Source: Acidobacteriota bacterium (GTDB taxonomy: Bacteria > Acidobacteriota > Terriglobia > Bryobacterales > Bryobacteraceae). Taken from it: a DNA stretch of 34,194 nt. Of this stretch, positions 7,724 to 20,413 are shown in pieces. Both the position numbers and the translations under genes were made by a program. Numbering within the stretch: position 1 is the stretch's first letter; each line of letters opens with the position of its first letter. The notes below the pieces were generated by a model, which saw only the letters and a program-made list of their open reading frames with translations, searched no databases and was not told where the DNA came from. Location of the stretch: contig QHXU01000190.1 in the NCBI GenBank assembly GCA_003223065.1, positions 802-34,995 of the forward strand, in the 5' to 3' direction.

Positions 7724-9268
7724 CTACAGGGGAATACTGCCATGCTTCTTCTTCGGCATCGTATCCACTTTCGTTTCGAGCATGCGCAGCGCCCGGATCA
7801 CGCGCGGGCGGGTTTGGTGCGGCTCGATCACATCGTCGACGAAGCCGTGTTCAGCGGCCACAAACGGATTGGCAAAGCGCTCGCGGAACTCTTCCGTTTT
7901 GGCGCGGCGCAACGCCTCCTGGTCGTGGGCCGCGGCCAGTTCCCGGCGATAGACGATATTCACTGCCCCCTCAGGACCCATTACGGCGATCTCGGCCGTG
8001 GGCCAGGCGAAGTTGACGTCAGTGCGCAGGTGCTTGGATCCCATCACACAGTACGCTCCGCCATAAGCCTTGCGGGTAATCACCGTGATTTTCGGGACCG
8101 TGGCCTCAGCGTATGCATAAAGGAGTTTCGCTCCGTGGCGGATAATACCGCCGAACTCTTGCGCCGTTCCCGGCAGGAATCCGGGGACGTCTTCGAATGT
8201 GAGGATCGGGATGTTAAAGGCGTCGCAAAAACGAACGAACCGCGCGCCCTTGGTCGCCGAATCGATATCGAGGCATCCGGCGAGATACGCCGGTTGGTTC
8301 GCCACAAGTCCCACGCTGCGTCCGTCCATGCGGGCAAAACCGACCACGATATTGCGGGCCCAGTGTTCCTGCACCTCGAAGAACTGGCTCTCATCGACCA
8401 CGCGGCGGATCACATCCTTGATGTCATAGGGAAGGTTGGAAGCCTCGGGCACGATCGAATCGAGCGCCGGATCTTCGCGCTCGGGTGGATCGTCACATCG
8501 CCGCCGCGGTGGATCGTCGCGGTTGTTCTGCGGCAGATAGCTCAACAACTCCCGGACCATGCGCAGGCATTCGGTGTCGTCGTGCGCCAGAAAGTGCGCC
8601 ACGCCGCTGGTGGCATTGTGCGTGGTGGCGCCGCCCAGCGCCTCCTTGGTCACGTCTTCGTGCGTCACCGTCTTGATCACATCGGGCCCGGTGACAAACA
8701 TGTAGCTGGTGCGGTCGACCATGAAGATGAAATCGGTCAGGGCGGGCGAATAGACCGCGCCGCCGGCACAGGGTCCCATGATGGCCGAAATCTGCGGCAC
8801 CACACCGCTAGAAAGCGTGTTGCGCAAGAAAATATCGGCGTAGCCCGCGAGTGAAAGCACCCCCTCCTGAATGCGCGCGCCGCCCGAATCGTTCAAACCG
8901 ATCAGGGGCGCGCCGGTCTTGAGCGCGAGGTCCATGATCTTGACGATCTTCTTCGCATTGGCTTCCGAAAGCGACCCGCCGAACACCGTGAAATCCTGCG
9001 CGAAAATATAGGCGGGCCGCCCCTGGATGAGGCCGTAGCCGGTGACGAATCCATCGCCGTCAACAACTTGATCCTCCATACCGAAATCGCGGCAGCGATG
9101 GCGCACCAATTTGTCCATTTCCTCGAAAGTGCCTTCGTCGAGCAGCAGGTCGATGCGCTCGCGCGCCGAGAGTTTTCCTTCCTCGTGCTGCCGCATCCGC
9201 CGCGCTTCGCCGCCGCCGGTTTCGGCGTTGGCATGGCGCCTCCGCAATTCCTCGAGCCGATCGGACAT
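7724..9268 (-). CDS. Acyl-CoA carboxylase carboxyltransferase beta subunit (propionyl-CoA carboxylase beta / methylmalonyl-CoA carboxyltransferase type)
   Basis: N-terminus [20 protein letters not shown]...[18 protein letters not shown]. Also [12 protein letters not shown] and [10 protein letters not shown] motifs. I take the start at the internal ATG (9266-9268), not the 9436 ORF-track start. Confidence 0.88.
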   Translation of the reverse strand: MSDRLEELRRRHANAETGGGEARRMRQHEEGKLSARERIDLLLDEGTFEEMDKLVRHRCRDFGMEDQVVDGDGFVTGYGLIQGRPAYIFAQDFTVFGGSLSEANAKKIVKIMDLALKTGAPLIGLNDSGGARIQEGVLSLAGYADIFLRNTLSSGVVPQISAIMGPCAGGAVYSPALTDFIFMVDRTSYMFVTGPDVIKTVTHEDVTKEALGGATTHNATSGVAHFLAHDDTECLRMVRELLSYLPQNNRDDPPRRRCDDPPEREDPALDSIVPEASNLPYDIKDVIRRVVDESQFFEVQEHWARNIVVGFARMDGRSVGLVANQPAYLAGCLDIDSATKGARFVRFCDAFNIPILTFEDVPGFLPGTAQEFGGIIRHGAKLLYAYAEATVPKITVITRKAYGGAYCVMGSKHLRTDVNFAWPTAEIAVMGPEGAVNIVYRRELAAAHDQEALRRAKTEEFRERFANPFVAAEHGFVDDVIEPHQTRPRVIRALRMLETKVDTMPKKKHGSIPL

Positions 9269-9366
9269 AAGAGACTTTTTATGATCGCGCACTACCGAAC
9301 TCAGCGGCAATGTTCGAGTCTGTTCTGTGCGCTCGCTGGTAACGTGATTCCCCGCCGCATCGTCCC

Positions 9367-10344
9367 ATGTTCGTGCCCCGCGCTTTTTTCCGCTGTGTGG
9401 GTGTGCTCTTCGCGCCCACTGTGGTTTTAATCGCACAGCAGCAGCCGACCATTCGCACCAACGTCCCCCTGGTTCTGGTGCCGGCTACGGTCACGGACCG
9501 GAAAGGCAATTTCATCGACGGGCTGGAGGCGGGCGACTTCATCGTTATCGACGATGGCGTTCCGCAGAAGGTTCGCCTCGACACTTCGGACACGGTGCTG
9601 GCGCCGGTGTCACTGGTGATCGCCGTGCAGTCCAGCGGCATTTCCGCACCGGAGCTGGCGAAAATCCGCCGTGTGGGCGGCATGATCCAGCCCCTCATCA
9701 CCGGTGAGCGAGGGCAGGCCGCGGTCATTGCCTTCGATGACGAGGTACGAATTATAGAGCAATTTACGTCCGATTCGACGAAAATCCGCGCGGCTTTCGA
9801 GAGAATTGAGCCGCGCACGATTAAAAACGGGAAACTGGTCGACGCCGTCACGGCGGCCGTGAAGATGCTCGCCACGCGGCCGGAGAATCACCGCCGTGTG
9901 CTGCTCATCTTGAGCGAATCGCGCGACCGGGGAAGTCAGATGAAGTTACCGCAAGCCGTCGAACTGGCGCAGCGCGCCGGCGTGACCATTTATCCAGGCA
10001 CCTACTCGGCGCATGCTGCGCCTTGGACTGCCAAGCCCGAGGATAATCCACCGATGCCTGGCGGACCGAATTACATCGGCGCGATCACCGAGCTCGCAAG
10101 GCTCGGCAAGGCCAATGCGGCGGATGCTTTCGCGCGCGCCACCGGCGGCCGGCACCTGTCATTTCTCACGCTCAGCTCGCTTGAAAACGCGATCGCGCGT
10201 ACGGGCGAGGAGATTCACAGCCAATATCTTCTGAGTTTCGTGCCGGCGGAGTCGAAAAACACCGGATTTCACAGAATCGAGGTGAGAGTGACGTCACGGC
10301 CGGACGCAGTGGTTCGCGCCCGTCCTGGGTACTGGCCAAAGTAA
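9367..10344 (+). CDS. Secreted VWA-domain protein (VWFA-related acidobacterial domain type)
   Basis: Hydrophobic N-terminal signal region, then [47 protein letters not shown] recognise this opening as characteristic of that family. Confidence 0.75.
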   Translation: MFVPRAFFRCVGVLFAPTVVLIAQQQPTIRTNVPLVLVPATVTDRKGNFIDGLEAGDFIVIDDGVPQKVRLDTSDTVLAPVSLVIAVQSSGISAPELAKIRRVGGMIQPLITGERGQAAVIAFDDEVRIIEQFTSDSTKIRAAFERIEPRTIKNGKLVDAVTAAVKMLATRPENHRRVLLILSESRDRGSQMKLPQAVELAQRAGVTIYPGTYSAHAAPWTAKPEDNPPMPGGPNYIGAITELARLGKANAADAFARATGGRHLSFLTLSSLENAIARTGEEIHSQYLLSFVPAESKNTGFHRIEVRVTSRPDAVVRARPGYWPK

Positions 10345-10371
10345 GGGTCAGCGGCCCGCAAGCGCAAGCCG

Positions 10372-12837
10372 CTACTGGAACAGGAACAGCGGCGTTCCCG
10401 CCGGGGCCTCTTCGGCCGGCGCGCCGACCGGCTGCTCTTGAAACTGCCGGCAATAGATGCCGCCGTCGCCGAGATACACCTCGAACTCGGCAGGCCTCGG
10501 AAGCGAGCCCTGAATCAAGGCCTCGCTGAGCGGGTCCTCGATGTACTTCTGGAGCGCGCGGCGTAGAGGACGCGCCCCGTAGCTGCGATCGCCGCAAGTC
10601 TTCTCGAGGATATATTTGGCGGCGTCCTGATTGAGCCGGATTTTGATCTGCTTGGCAACCAGGTTCTTGTTAATCTGCTCGGTGAGCAGATCCATAATTT
10701 TCAGCAGATCCTCATCCGCGAGCGACGTGAACAGGATCGTCTCGTCGAGGCGGTTCAGGAACTCCGGATTGAACGCCTTCTTGACCTCTCCCATCACCTG
10801 ATCCTCGACCTTCTGCGGCAGCCCGGTCGACGGCGCCGAGAAGCCCATCGGGCTGCGCTTCTCCAGGAACCTCGCGCCCAGGTTCGAGGTCATGATGATG
10901 ATCGTGTTCTTGAAATCGACCGTGTTGCCCAAGCCGTCGGTCAACTGGCCATCCTCGAAAACCTGCAGGAGGATGTTGTAAACGTCGGGATGCGCCTTCT
11001 CGATCTCGTCGAGCAGAATGATCGAATACGGCGCGCGCTTCACGCGCTCCGTCAACTGTCCTCCCTCTTCGTAACCCACGTAGCCGGGAGGCGATCCGAT
11101 CAGCTTGGATACCGAGTGCTTCTCCATGAACTCCGACATATCGAAACGGATGAGCGATTTTTCACTGCCGAAGAGGAATTCGGCCAACGCCCGCGCCACT
11201 TCCGTTTTGCCGACACCGGTCGGCCCCAGGAACAGGAAGGAGCCTGCCGGCCGCTTGGGGGACTTCAACCCCGCGCGCGAGCGGCGGATGGCGCGCGCCA
11301 GCGCCGAGATAGCCTTTTCCTGGCTGATGACGCGCCGGTGCAGTTCCTCTTCGATGCGCAGAAGCTTTGCCACTTCCTCTTCTCTGATCGCAGTCATGGG
11401 CACGCCGGTCCAGCGCGCCACGACCTCTTCGATGTCGTCCTTAGTGACGACGCCCGTCGATGTATCATCCAGGTTGTACTTTTCGCGCAACTGGCGCAGG
11501 TTCTCGCGCTCCTTGCGCTCTTCGTCGGAATAGAACCGCGCCTTTTCGAACTCGTGATTCGCGATGGCGTTCTCCATGCGGTGCACGATGAACTTGATGC
11601 GCTTCTGAATATCGGCGACTTCGCCGGGGAGCGTCGTCTGGCGCAGCTTCACCCGCGCGCCGGCCTCGTCAATCAGGTCGATCGCTTTATCCGGAAGGAA
11701 ACGGTCGGGGATGAAGCGGGAGGAAGTATAAACGGCGTTTTCGATCGATTCGTCGGTATAGGCTACGGCGTGGAACTTCTCGTAGCGCTCCTTGATGCCG
11801 AACAGGATGCGGATCGCATCCTGCTCGTTGGGCGGAGGAACTTTCACCGCCTGGAAGCGGCGCTCGAGCGACCGATCCTTCTCGATCGACTTGCGATATT
11901 CGGCCGGCGTTGTCGCCCCGATGCACTGGATCTCACCGCGCGACAGGGCAGGCTTGAGGATATTGGCCGCGTCGAGGGAGCCCTCGGCCGAGCCTGCACC
12001 GACCAGCGTGTGCAACTCATCAATGAAGATGATGGCGTTCTGATTTTCCATCAACTCTTTCATGATGGTCTTGAGACGCTCTTCAAACTGGCCGCGATAC
12101 TTTGTGCCGGCAACGATCAGGGACAAATCGAGCGCCAGGATACGCTTGTCGGATAGAAACGACGGCACGTCGCCGTCGGCGATGCGCTGAGCCAGCCCCT
12201 CCACGATCGCTGTCTTACCGACACCCGGCTCACCGATCAGCACCGGGTTATTCTTCGTGCGCCGGCAGAGGATCTGGACCACGCGTTCGAGCTCGTAGTC
12301 GCGTCCGATAAGCGGATCGAGCAGGCCGTCCATCGCGGCTTGCGTAAGGTCGCGGCTGAACTCGCTGAGCAGAGAGCTTTCCTTAGGACGATTGGAAGAC
12401 ATTTTTTCCGAGCTCGACCGGGCGATCTCCTCGCGGACCTGCGAGAGCCGAAGCCCACGCTCATGCAAAATGTCCGCAGCGAAGCATTTCTCTTCCCGCA
12501 AGAGTCCGAGGAGGAGATGCTCGGTACCGATATGCTTGTGATTGAGCCGCTCGGCCTCCTCGGCGCCATAAGCGAGCACGCGCTTGCATTCATGGCTCAG
12601 AGGAAGGTCGACGGAGGTCGACACTTTTTCCCGCAGAGTAGTATGCGCTTCAATCTGCTTACGGATCGATTCCACTGAAGCACTGGAGCGGAGGAACCGG
12701 TTCGCGAGAGCCTTATCCTCCCTCAAAAGCCCTAACAGCAGGTGTTCAGTCTCAATGCACGGACTTCCGAACTGGCTGGCTTCGTATCGCGCGAAAAATA
12801 TAACCCGGCGGGCTTTTTCGGTATAACGTTCAAACAT
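10372..12837 (-). CDS. clpC: ATP-dependent Clp protease ATP-binding subunit, ClpC type
   Basis: Canonical [17 protein letters not shown]-terminus with a double Clp_N repeat. Two Walker A motifs ([16 protein letters not shown]). UVR-like middle segment ([18 protein letters not shown]). MGF loop for ClpP docking. Confidence 0.93.
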   Translation of the reverse strand: MFERYTEKARRVIFFARYEASQFGSPCIETEHLLLGLLREDKALANRFLRSSASVESIRKQIEAHTTLREKVSTSVDLPLSHECKRVLAYGAEEAERLNHKHIGTEHLLLGLLREEKCFAADILHERGLRLSQVREEIARSSSEKMSSNRPKESSLLSEFSRDLTQAAMDGLLDPLIGRDYELERVVQILCRRTKNNPVLIGEPGVGKTAIVEGLAQRIADGDVPSFLSDKRILALDLSLIVAGTKYRGQFEERLKTIMKELMENQNAIIFIDELHTLVGAGSAEGSLDAANILKPALSRGEIQCIGATTPAEYRKSIEKDRSLERRFQAVKVPPPNEQDAIRILFGIKERYEKFHAVAYTDESIENAVYTSSRFIPDRFLPDKAIDLIDEAGARVKLRQTTLPGEVADIQKRIKFIVHRMENAIANHEFEKARFYSDEERKERENLRQLREKYNLDDTSTGVVTKDDIEEVVARWTGVPMTAIREEEVAKLLRIEEELHRRVISQEKAISALARAIRRSRAGLKSPKRPAGSFLFLGPTGVGKTEVARALAEFLFGSEKSLIRFDMSEFMEKHSVSKLIGSPPGYVGYEEGGQLTERVKRAPYSIILLDEIEKAHPDVYNILLQVFEDGQLTDGLGNTVDFKNTIIIMTSNLGARFLEKRSPMGFSAPSTGLPQKVEDQVMGEVKKAFNPEFLNRLDETILFTSLADEDLLKIMDLLTEQINKNLVAKQIKIRLNQDAAKYILEKTCGDRSYGARPLRRALQKYIEDPLSEALIQGSLPRPAEFEVYLGDGGIYCRQFQEQPVGAPAEEAPAGTPLFLFQ

Positions 12838-13582
12838 AATTGCTGCCTCGTTCTGAACTGCTGCATCGCTCTCTAGAAGGATCGGCCACTGACGCGAGGG
12901 GCATTAATCTGCCCTGTTCGAGAGCCACTACGCGGTCCGCACGGCGTGCGAAATTCAGGTTGTGCGTGACATGGATCGAAGTAAGCTGCCGCGAACGGTG
13001 AAGGTCCTCGAGGAGACCCATGATCATTTCACCGGTCCGAAAGTCGAGGTTGCCGGTCGGTTCGTCGGCAAGCAGGACGCTCGGGTTTCCAACCAAAGCG
13101 CGCGCAAGCACCACTCTTTGCTGCTCGCCCCCCGAAAGTTCGCCCGCGCGATGAGTCGCGCGGTTTCGCAATCCAACTTCATCCAACCTCGCCAACGATA
13201 CAGCTTCCGCCGCTTCCCTGCTCTGACCCCTTATTAGCAGCGGCATCATCACGTTCTCTACTGCCGTAAACTCGGCGAGCAGGGAGTGAATCTGCCAGAC
13301 AAAGCCCAACTGCCGGTTGCGGAACTCCGAAAGTTCGTTTGCCGAGAGCTTGCATATGTCATTAAGCCCGAAGTATATCGCACCCTCTGTTGGTCTGTCT
13401 AGACCGCCGAGCAGATGTAGCAGCGTGCTCTTGCCTGCGCCTGATTCTCCGACCAGTGCCAGCCGCTCGCCTCGCGCAACTTCCAAATTGAGATCGCGAA
13501 AGACCACAAGGTCCGCACTGCCGGAGCGGAAAGCCTTGGTGAGCTCCACCGCACGGATCGCGATCTCGTCTGGCGCGAGCAT
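12830..13582 (-). CDS. lolD: Lipoprotein-releasing system ATP-binding protein, LolD-like ABC ATPase
   Basis: Walker A GESGAGKST, signature LSGGEQQR, Walker B LLADEPTGNLD. The LolD-type stretch is LGFVWQIHSLLAEFTAVENVMMPLLIRG. The 3' end overlaps the clpC start by 8 nt. Confidence 0.82.
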   Translation of the reverse strand: MLAPDEIAIRAVELTKAFRSGSADLVVFRDLNLEVARGERLALVGESGAGKSTLLHLLGGLDRPTEGAIYFGLNDICKLSANELSEFRNRQLGFVWQIHSLLAEFTAVENVMMPLLIRGQSREAAEAVSLARLDEVGLRNRATHRAGELSGGEQQRVVLARALVGNPSVLLADEPTGNLDFRTGEMIMGLLEDLHRSRQLTSIHVTHNLNFARRADRVVALEQGRLMPLASVADPSRERCSSSERGSNYV

Positions 13583-13633
13583 TGTCCTTCTTCCATCTTA
13601 GCCGTTATGTTGCGGCGATTCCTCAATTTGTTC

Positions 13634-13648
13634 TGGAACGCGGATTGC
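13634..13648 (+). promoter_or_regulatory. Sigma-54-like promoter TGGAACgcggaTTGC upstream of the giant repeat-protein gene
   Basis: GG at 13635-13636 and GC at 13647-13648 in the exact 12-nt register. There is one core mismatch (C to A in TGGCAC). It lies 35 nt upstream of ATG 13683. Confidence 0.45.
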
Positions 13649-13682
13649 TTGGCTGCGGCCGGTGGAAGTGTGGAGGATGACA

Positions 13683-16600
13683 ATGAATCACAAAACCATC
13701 GCCGCACCTGGAGTTTGGCTGGGCCTGCTTATTTTGGGTTTTTCCGACACAGCAGTTGCACAACCGAACACAATTACGACAACGCCGCAGCAGTTGATGT
13801 TCACTGTCGTGAGCGGCGGAGTGAGCCCAGCCCAACCCGTGCACGTGGACTCGACCTTCCCGACTACGGTCGTCATTCAGGTCGACAGCAACTCGAGCTG
13901 GCTACACGTCGGCCCGGGCGCCGTAGTGAACACGCCCGCCGATCTTTCCGTGACTGTGAATGCCCAGGGCATTACACCAGGTTCGTACATGGGCACTTTT
14001 ACAGTTACGATGTCAGGTCAATCCTCCGGCCTGACCGTGCAGGTCGGGCTGACCGTCACCGGAAGCACCGTCCTCTCGGTCAATCCGGCGTCGATGAGTT
14101 TCGTGGCACAGTTCGGAGCCACGCAGGGGAGTCCGCAGGGATGTCCCGCCCAAATCACCTCCACCACCTGCCAGCTCGCGATCTCTAGCAGCGGGCCGGT
14201 GCTGAATTACACCGTCTTCCGAAGCACCAACGACGCTCATCCGTGGCTGCTGATCGATCGCGACAATGGCACCACCGGCGGAACCCCGCTGAACGTGGGC
14301 GTCAATCCTGCCGCGGTGCCGGCCGCGGGAACATACACCGGAACGATCACGGTGCAAAGCACGACAACCATCGATGCGGTTGCGATCAGCGTAACCTTAA
14401 CCGTTGGATCCATAGCCACCCTAAGCGTGGCCCCGACCGGACCGATCCAATTTCTGTACCAGACCGGTACGGCGGCGCCCGCGCCGCAACAATTGACGGT
14501 AAGCTCCAACGGCGGGTTTGTACCGTTCCAGGTTTCGGTGGCGCAGAACCAACTCAGCTGGCTCACGGTCACGCCGCAGAGCGGATCCGCCGGCTCCGGC
14601 TCGCCTGCGATTCTGACCCTAATCGTCACGCCGGCCGGGCTCCTGCCAGGCAACTATCCGGCCCTGGTCACGATTACGCCGGCAGGCGGAATCTCCCTCC
14701 CGCCCGTCCAGGTAAACCTGCTGGTAAGCAACAATCCGTTCCTCACGGCGCCTACAGCTTTGTTGAATTTCAGCGCGCAGTTCGGAGGCCTGGCGCCGCC
14801 GGCGCAGCAGATAACCGTGGGGAGCACCGGAGGCGCGCTTAACTTCACAGCCTCGGCCTCCTCCACACCGCCGGGCTGGCTTAGTGTGTCTCCGGGATCC
14901 GGAACGACTGGCACACCATCAGGAACGCTTTCGGTCAGTGCCAGCCCGAGCGGCCTGGTGATCGGAACTTACAACGGCATGATCACGCTCGCTCCAACGA
15001 ACGGCGACCAGTATACGGTCCAGATCCCCGTGACGCTCACAGTGGGCGCTTCCTCGCAAGTGAACGCAGCACCGTCGGCCCTGGTGTTCAGCTTCCAGAC
15101 TTCGCAGGTTCAGCCCGCCGCGCAGGTTGTGCAACTCTCCACCACCGGACCGCCAGTGAGCTTCACCGTGGCCACTTCGGTAAACGCCGGGCCCAGCTGT
15201 GGTACCGCAAACTGGATCAGCGCGGTGGCGCAGGGTCCGGTCACGCCAACGACCCTCACGGTGAGCGTCAACACCTCCGGCATGACCTCTGGATCTTGCA
15301 CCGGGAAAGTGACAGTTACCTACACGTCGGGCTCCGCCAATGTCAATCTGGACATTCCGGTGACTCTGTTCGTTAGCAATTCGCCGCTGCTTAATATCAG
15401 TCTGCCGCAGGGCTTCGGACTCGAGACCGCGACGCAGGGCGGCAGCGTCATTACCCGCCGGATTTCGTTGACGAGCACGGATACCGTGACGTCGATCCCG
15501 TTCTCACTCACATTCCAGAGCAGCCCGTGTGCCTGGTTGATCGCGGCGTCCGCAACGGGCGGCACCTCGGGCACCACGCCGGGATCGATAATTCTATCGA
15601 TTCTCCCCGGGTGTCTCACTCCCGGAAGCTACCAGGGAAGCATCACGATTTCATCTACCAACCTGCCGATCCCCGTGACGCTGAATATCACACTGCTAAT
15701 CAATGCCAACGTGACGCTCACGGTCACGCCTCAATCGCTGACATTTACGCAGTTCCAGGGCAGCACGAATCAAATGAGCCAAACGCTGAGCTTCCACAGT
15801 TCGGGTGGGGACGCGAACTTCATTGCGACCGCGGCGACAGACTTCGGCGGCACCTGGCTTTCGGTGAATCCAACCTCGGGGAACACCAGCATTGGAACGC
15901 TCACGGTGAGCGCCGGGAGCACGGTTCTGCCGTCAAACTCCTACACCGGCCACATAACGATCACGTTCCAGGGTGCGATCACCTCGTCGATCACGATTCC
16001 GGTGACATTGACGATCAGTTCGCCACAAACAGTGAGCATTACGCCCAACCAGCCGCTGAGCTTCACTTTCCAGATCGGCGGAACAGCGCCTGCGTCACAG
16101 AAGATCACCATTACCAGCACGGGCGGCGCGGTGCAATTCAGCGTCGGTACCACCAGTAGTGGCTGGCTATCCGTGGACGCGAGCAGCGGCTCGACGTCTA
16201 AGGACATCAATGTATCGGTGAATCCGCTCGGCCTCCTGGCGGGCGTCTACATCGGTTCGATTTCGATCAGCGCGCCGGGCGTGCTGCTGAGCCCGATCGT
16301 CATTAACGTTACGCTAACCGTGCTGGCTTTGCCGCCGCCACAGCCTTTCACAATCACCAGCACGGCCAGCAATCTGGCCGGCTTGATCGCGCCCGGCGAG
16401 GAGATCACCATCAAAGGCTCGAACCTGGGGCCGGCGTCGCCGGCGCTGGGCGTGCTCTTCACGCTAAACCCACAGGGCTTCGTTGATCCCAGTCTGGCGG
16501 GGGTTCGTGTACTATTCGACGGCAACCCAGGCACCCCGGTCTTCGTCTCTGCGACTCAGATCAACGTAGTCGTTCCGTTCGAGATCGCGGGCACCGTCAC

Positions 16601-17117
16601 GACGAACATTGTGGTCGAATACCAGGGTGTGCAGTCCGCGCCGAGGCAGCAACTCGTGAGCAGCGCCGCGCCTGGCATCTACACCCTGAATTTCACCGGC
16701 CAAGGCCAGGCGGCCGTGATTAATCAGGACGGAACAATCAACGGCCCTCCGGGCGGCGTCTCAACGCCAGGAGGAGTGATCGCGACAAAGCCCGCGCTAC
16801 CGAACACGGCGATTTCCGTCTACATGACCGGTGGAGGCCAGACCAATCCTCCCAGCATTACCGGATCAGTCAACAGCCTGGCTTTCTTCATGCCGCTGGT
16901 CAACTGGACCCCGACCTCAGGGACGGTGACAGCCACAATTGGGGGAGTGCCGGCGAAAGTGGAGTTCGCGGGCGCCGCGCCAGGGCTGTTGGCCGGCATC
17001 GTGCAAGTGAACCTGCGCGTGCCCAACGTCACCGGTAACGCCCTGGCCATCGTCATCACGATCAATGGCGTGTCGACTTCGCTAAGTCCGTTGGCTCCGA
17101 CTGTCGCGGTGCAGTGA
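13683..17117 (+). CDS. Large secreted protein: signal peptide, eight BACON/Ig-like repeats, then a Solibacter-type uncharacterised C-terminal domain
   Basis: GGAGGA at 13672-13677 precedes ATG 13683. Signal peptide is MNHKTIAAPGVWLGLLILGFSDTAVA. Each repeat has a WL.V.P.SG....L.V landmark. The C-terminus (IAPGEEITIKGSNLGP...VLFDGNPGTPVFVSATQINVVVPFEIAG...APGLLAGIVQVNLRVP) resembles the TIGR03437-like domain as I remember it. Confidence 0.85.
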   Translation: MNHKTIAAPGVWLGLLILGFSDTAVAQPNTITTTPQQLMFTVVSGGVSPAQPVHVDSTFPTTVVIQVDSNSSWLHVGPGAVVNTPADLSVTVNAQGITPGSYMGTFTVTMSGQSSGLTVQVGLTVTGSTVLSVNPASMSFVAQFGATQGSPQGCPAQITSTTCQLAISSSGPVLNYTVFRSTNDAHPWLLIDRDNGTTGGTPLNVGVNPAAVPAAGTYTGTITVQSTTTIDAVAISVTLTVGSIATLSVAPTGPIQFLYQTGTAAPAPQQLTVSSNGGFVPFQVSVAQNQLSWLTVTPQSGSAGSGSPAILTLIVTPAGLLPGNYPALVTITPAGGISLPPVQVNLLVSNNPFLTAPTALLNFSAQFGGLAPPAQQITVGSTGGALNFTASASSTPPGWLSVSPGSGTTGTPSGTLSVSASPSGLVIGTYNGMITLAPTNGDQYTVQIPVTLTVGASSQVNAAPSALVFSFQTSQVQPAAQVVQLSTTGPPVSFTVATSVNAGPSCGTANWISAVAQGPVTPTTLTVSVNTSGMTSGSCTGKVTVTYTSGSANVNLDIPVTLFVSNSPLLNISLPQGFGLETATQGGSVITRRISLTSTDTVTSIPFSLTFQSSPCAWLIAASATGGTSGTTPGSIILSILPGCLTPGSYQGSITISSTNLPIPVTLNITLLINANVTLTVTPQSLTFTQFQGSTNQMSQTLSFHSSGGDANFIATAATDFGGTWLSVNPTSGNTSIGTLTVSAGSTVLPSNSYTGHITITFQGAITSSITIPVTLTISSPQTVSITPNQPLSFTFQIGGTAPASQKITITSTGGAVQFSVGTTSSGWLSVDASSGSTSKDINVSVNPLGLLAGVYIGSISISAPGVLLSPIVINVTLTVLALPPPQPFTITSTASNLAGLIAPGEEITIKGSNLGPASPALGVLFTLNPQGFVDPSLAGVRVLFDGNPGTPVFVSATQINVVVPFEIAGTVTTNIVVEYQGVQSAPRQQLVSSAAPGIYTLNFTGQGQAAVINQDGTINGPPGGVSTPGGVIATKPALPNTAISVYMTGGGQTNPPSITGSVNSLAFFMPLVNWTPTSGTVTATIGGVPAKVEFAGAAPGLLAGIVQVNLRVPNVTGNALAIVITINGVSTSLSPLAPTVAVQ
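13764..16328 (+). repeat. Eight tandem, diverged protein-domain repeats of about 107 aa (about 320 nt) within the giant gene
   Basis: I parsed the boundaries by hand from the recurring pattern: P..L.F......P..Q.L.V.S.G....F, then WL.V.P.SG, then G.Y.G.I.I, then VTLTV. Confidence 0.7.
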
Positions 17118-17128
17118 CCGATGAAGCT

Positions 17129-17138
<10 letters not shown>
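17108..17138. terminator. Stem-loop spanning both convergent stop codons (giant gene / leuS). Candidate bidirectional terminator.
   Basis: GGTGCAGTGA (17108-17117) pairs with TCACCGCACC (17129-17138) at 9 of 10 positions, with an 11-nt loop. There is no U-tract on either side. Confidence 0.3.
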
Positions 17139-19573
<2,435 letters not shown>

Positions 19574-20413
19574 AGACTTTTCAGAGTGTCTAGATTCTTT
19601 TGGTCGTCGCCGTCTTTCTCCACCGGCGTTTCGAGAATAAAAGCTTTAGAGCGGAATCTCGGGTGGGTGAGAATGCGACGAAAGCCTTCAAGACCAATAT
19701 AACCTTGTCCGATGTGCGCGTGCCGGTCAACATGCGAGCCCAGCGGCGATTTGGAATCATTGGCATGCATCACGCGCACGTGATCGAGCCCCAGGATACT
19801 GTCGATCTCCGCCACCGTCCGGCCGAGGCCTTCGGCGCTGGAGATGTCGTAGCCGGCGGCGAGCAAATGACACGTGTCCAGACAGAACCCGACCGGCAGA
19901 TCGGTCAACTTGGCGGCGTACTCACGGATCACATGCAGTTCCTCGAAGCGGCTGCCAAGCTGCGCGCCCGCTCCCACGGTGTTTTCAACCAGCAGCATCA
20001 GCTTGCCGAATTTGAGACCGCCGGCCGCCGACGCCACACCCTGGAGGAAATGCAAGATGCCCTCCTCGCGCGAGTGGCCTTTGTAGTTGCCGGGGTGCGC
20101 GACCAGGTATTCAGCGCCGATGGCGATGGCGCGCACCAGCTCACCGCGGAACGCCTCGATCGATTTTACGCGCACGACCTCGTCCGCTGAGGCCAGGTTG
20201 ATCAAATAGTTGTCGTGAATCGCCAACGGCGCCAGATCGTGCCGTTCGCGCGCGCGATGGAACAAGCGGATCGCGGCCTCGCTTAGCGCCGAAGCTTTCC
20301 ACTGCCGCGGGCTCGACGAAAAAATCTGAAAAGCGTTCGCCCCCAGCTTCGCTGCGGTGAGAGCGGAACGTTCCAGCGAGCCGGCAATGGAGGTATGCAA
20401 GCCGATGCGCACG

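Noticed and set aside
10350-10373. Hairpin AGCGGC-N12-GCCGCT between the convergent VWA and clpC genes. Small hairpins also occur at 7145-7168 and 33582-33632.
   Set aside because: The stems are short (5-9 bp) with large loops and no U-tracts. They are plausible terminators but too weak to call from sequence alone.
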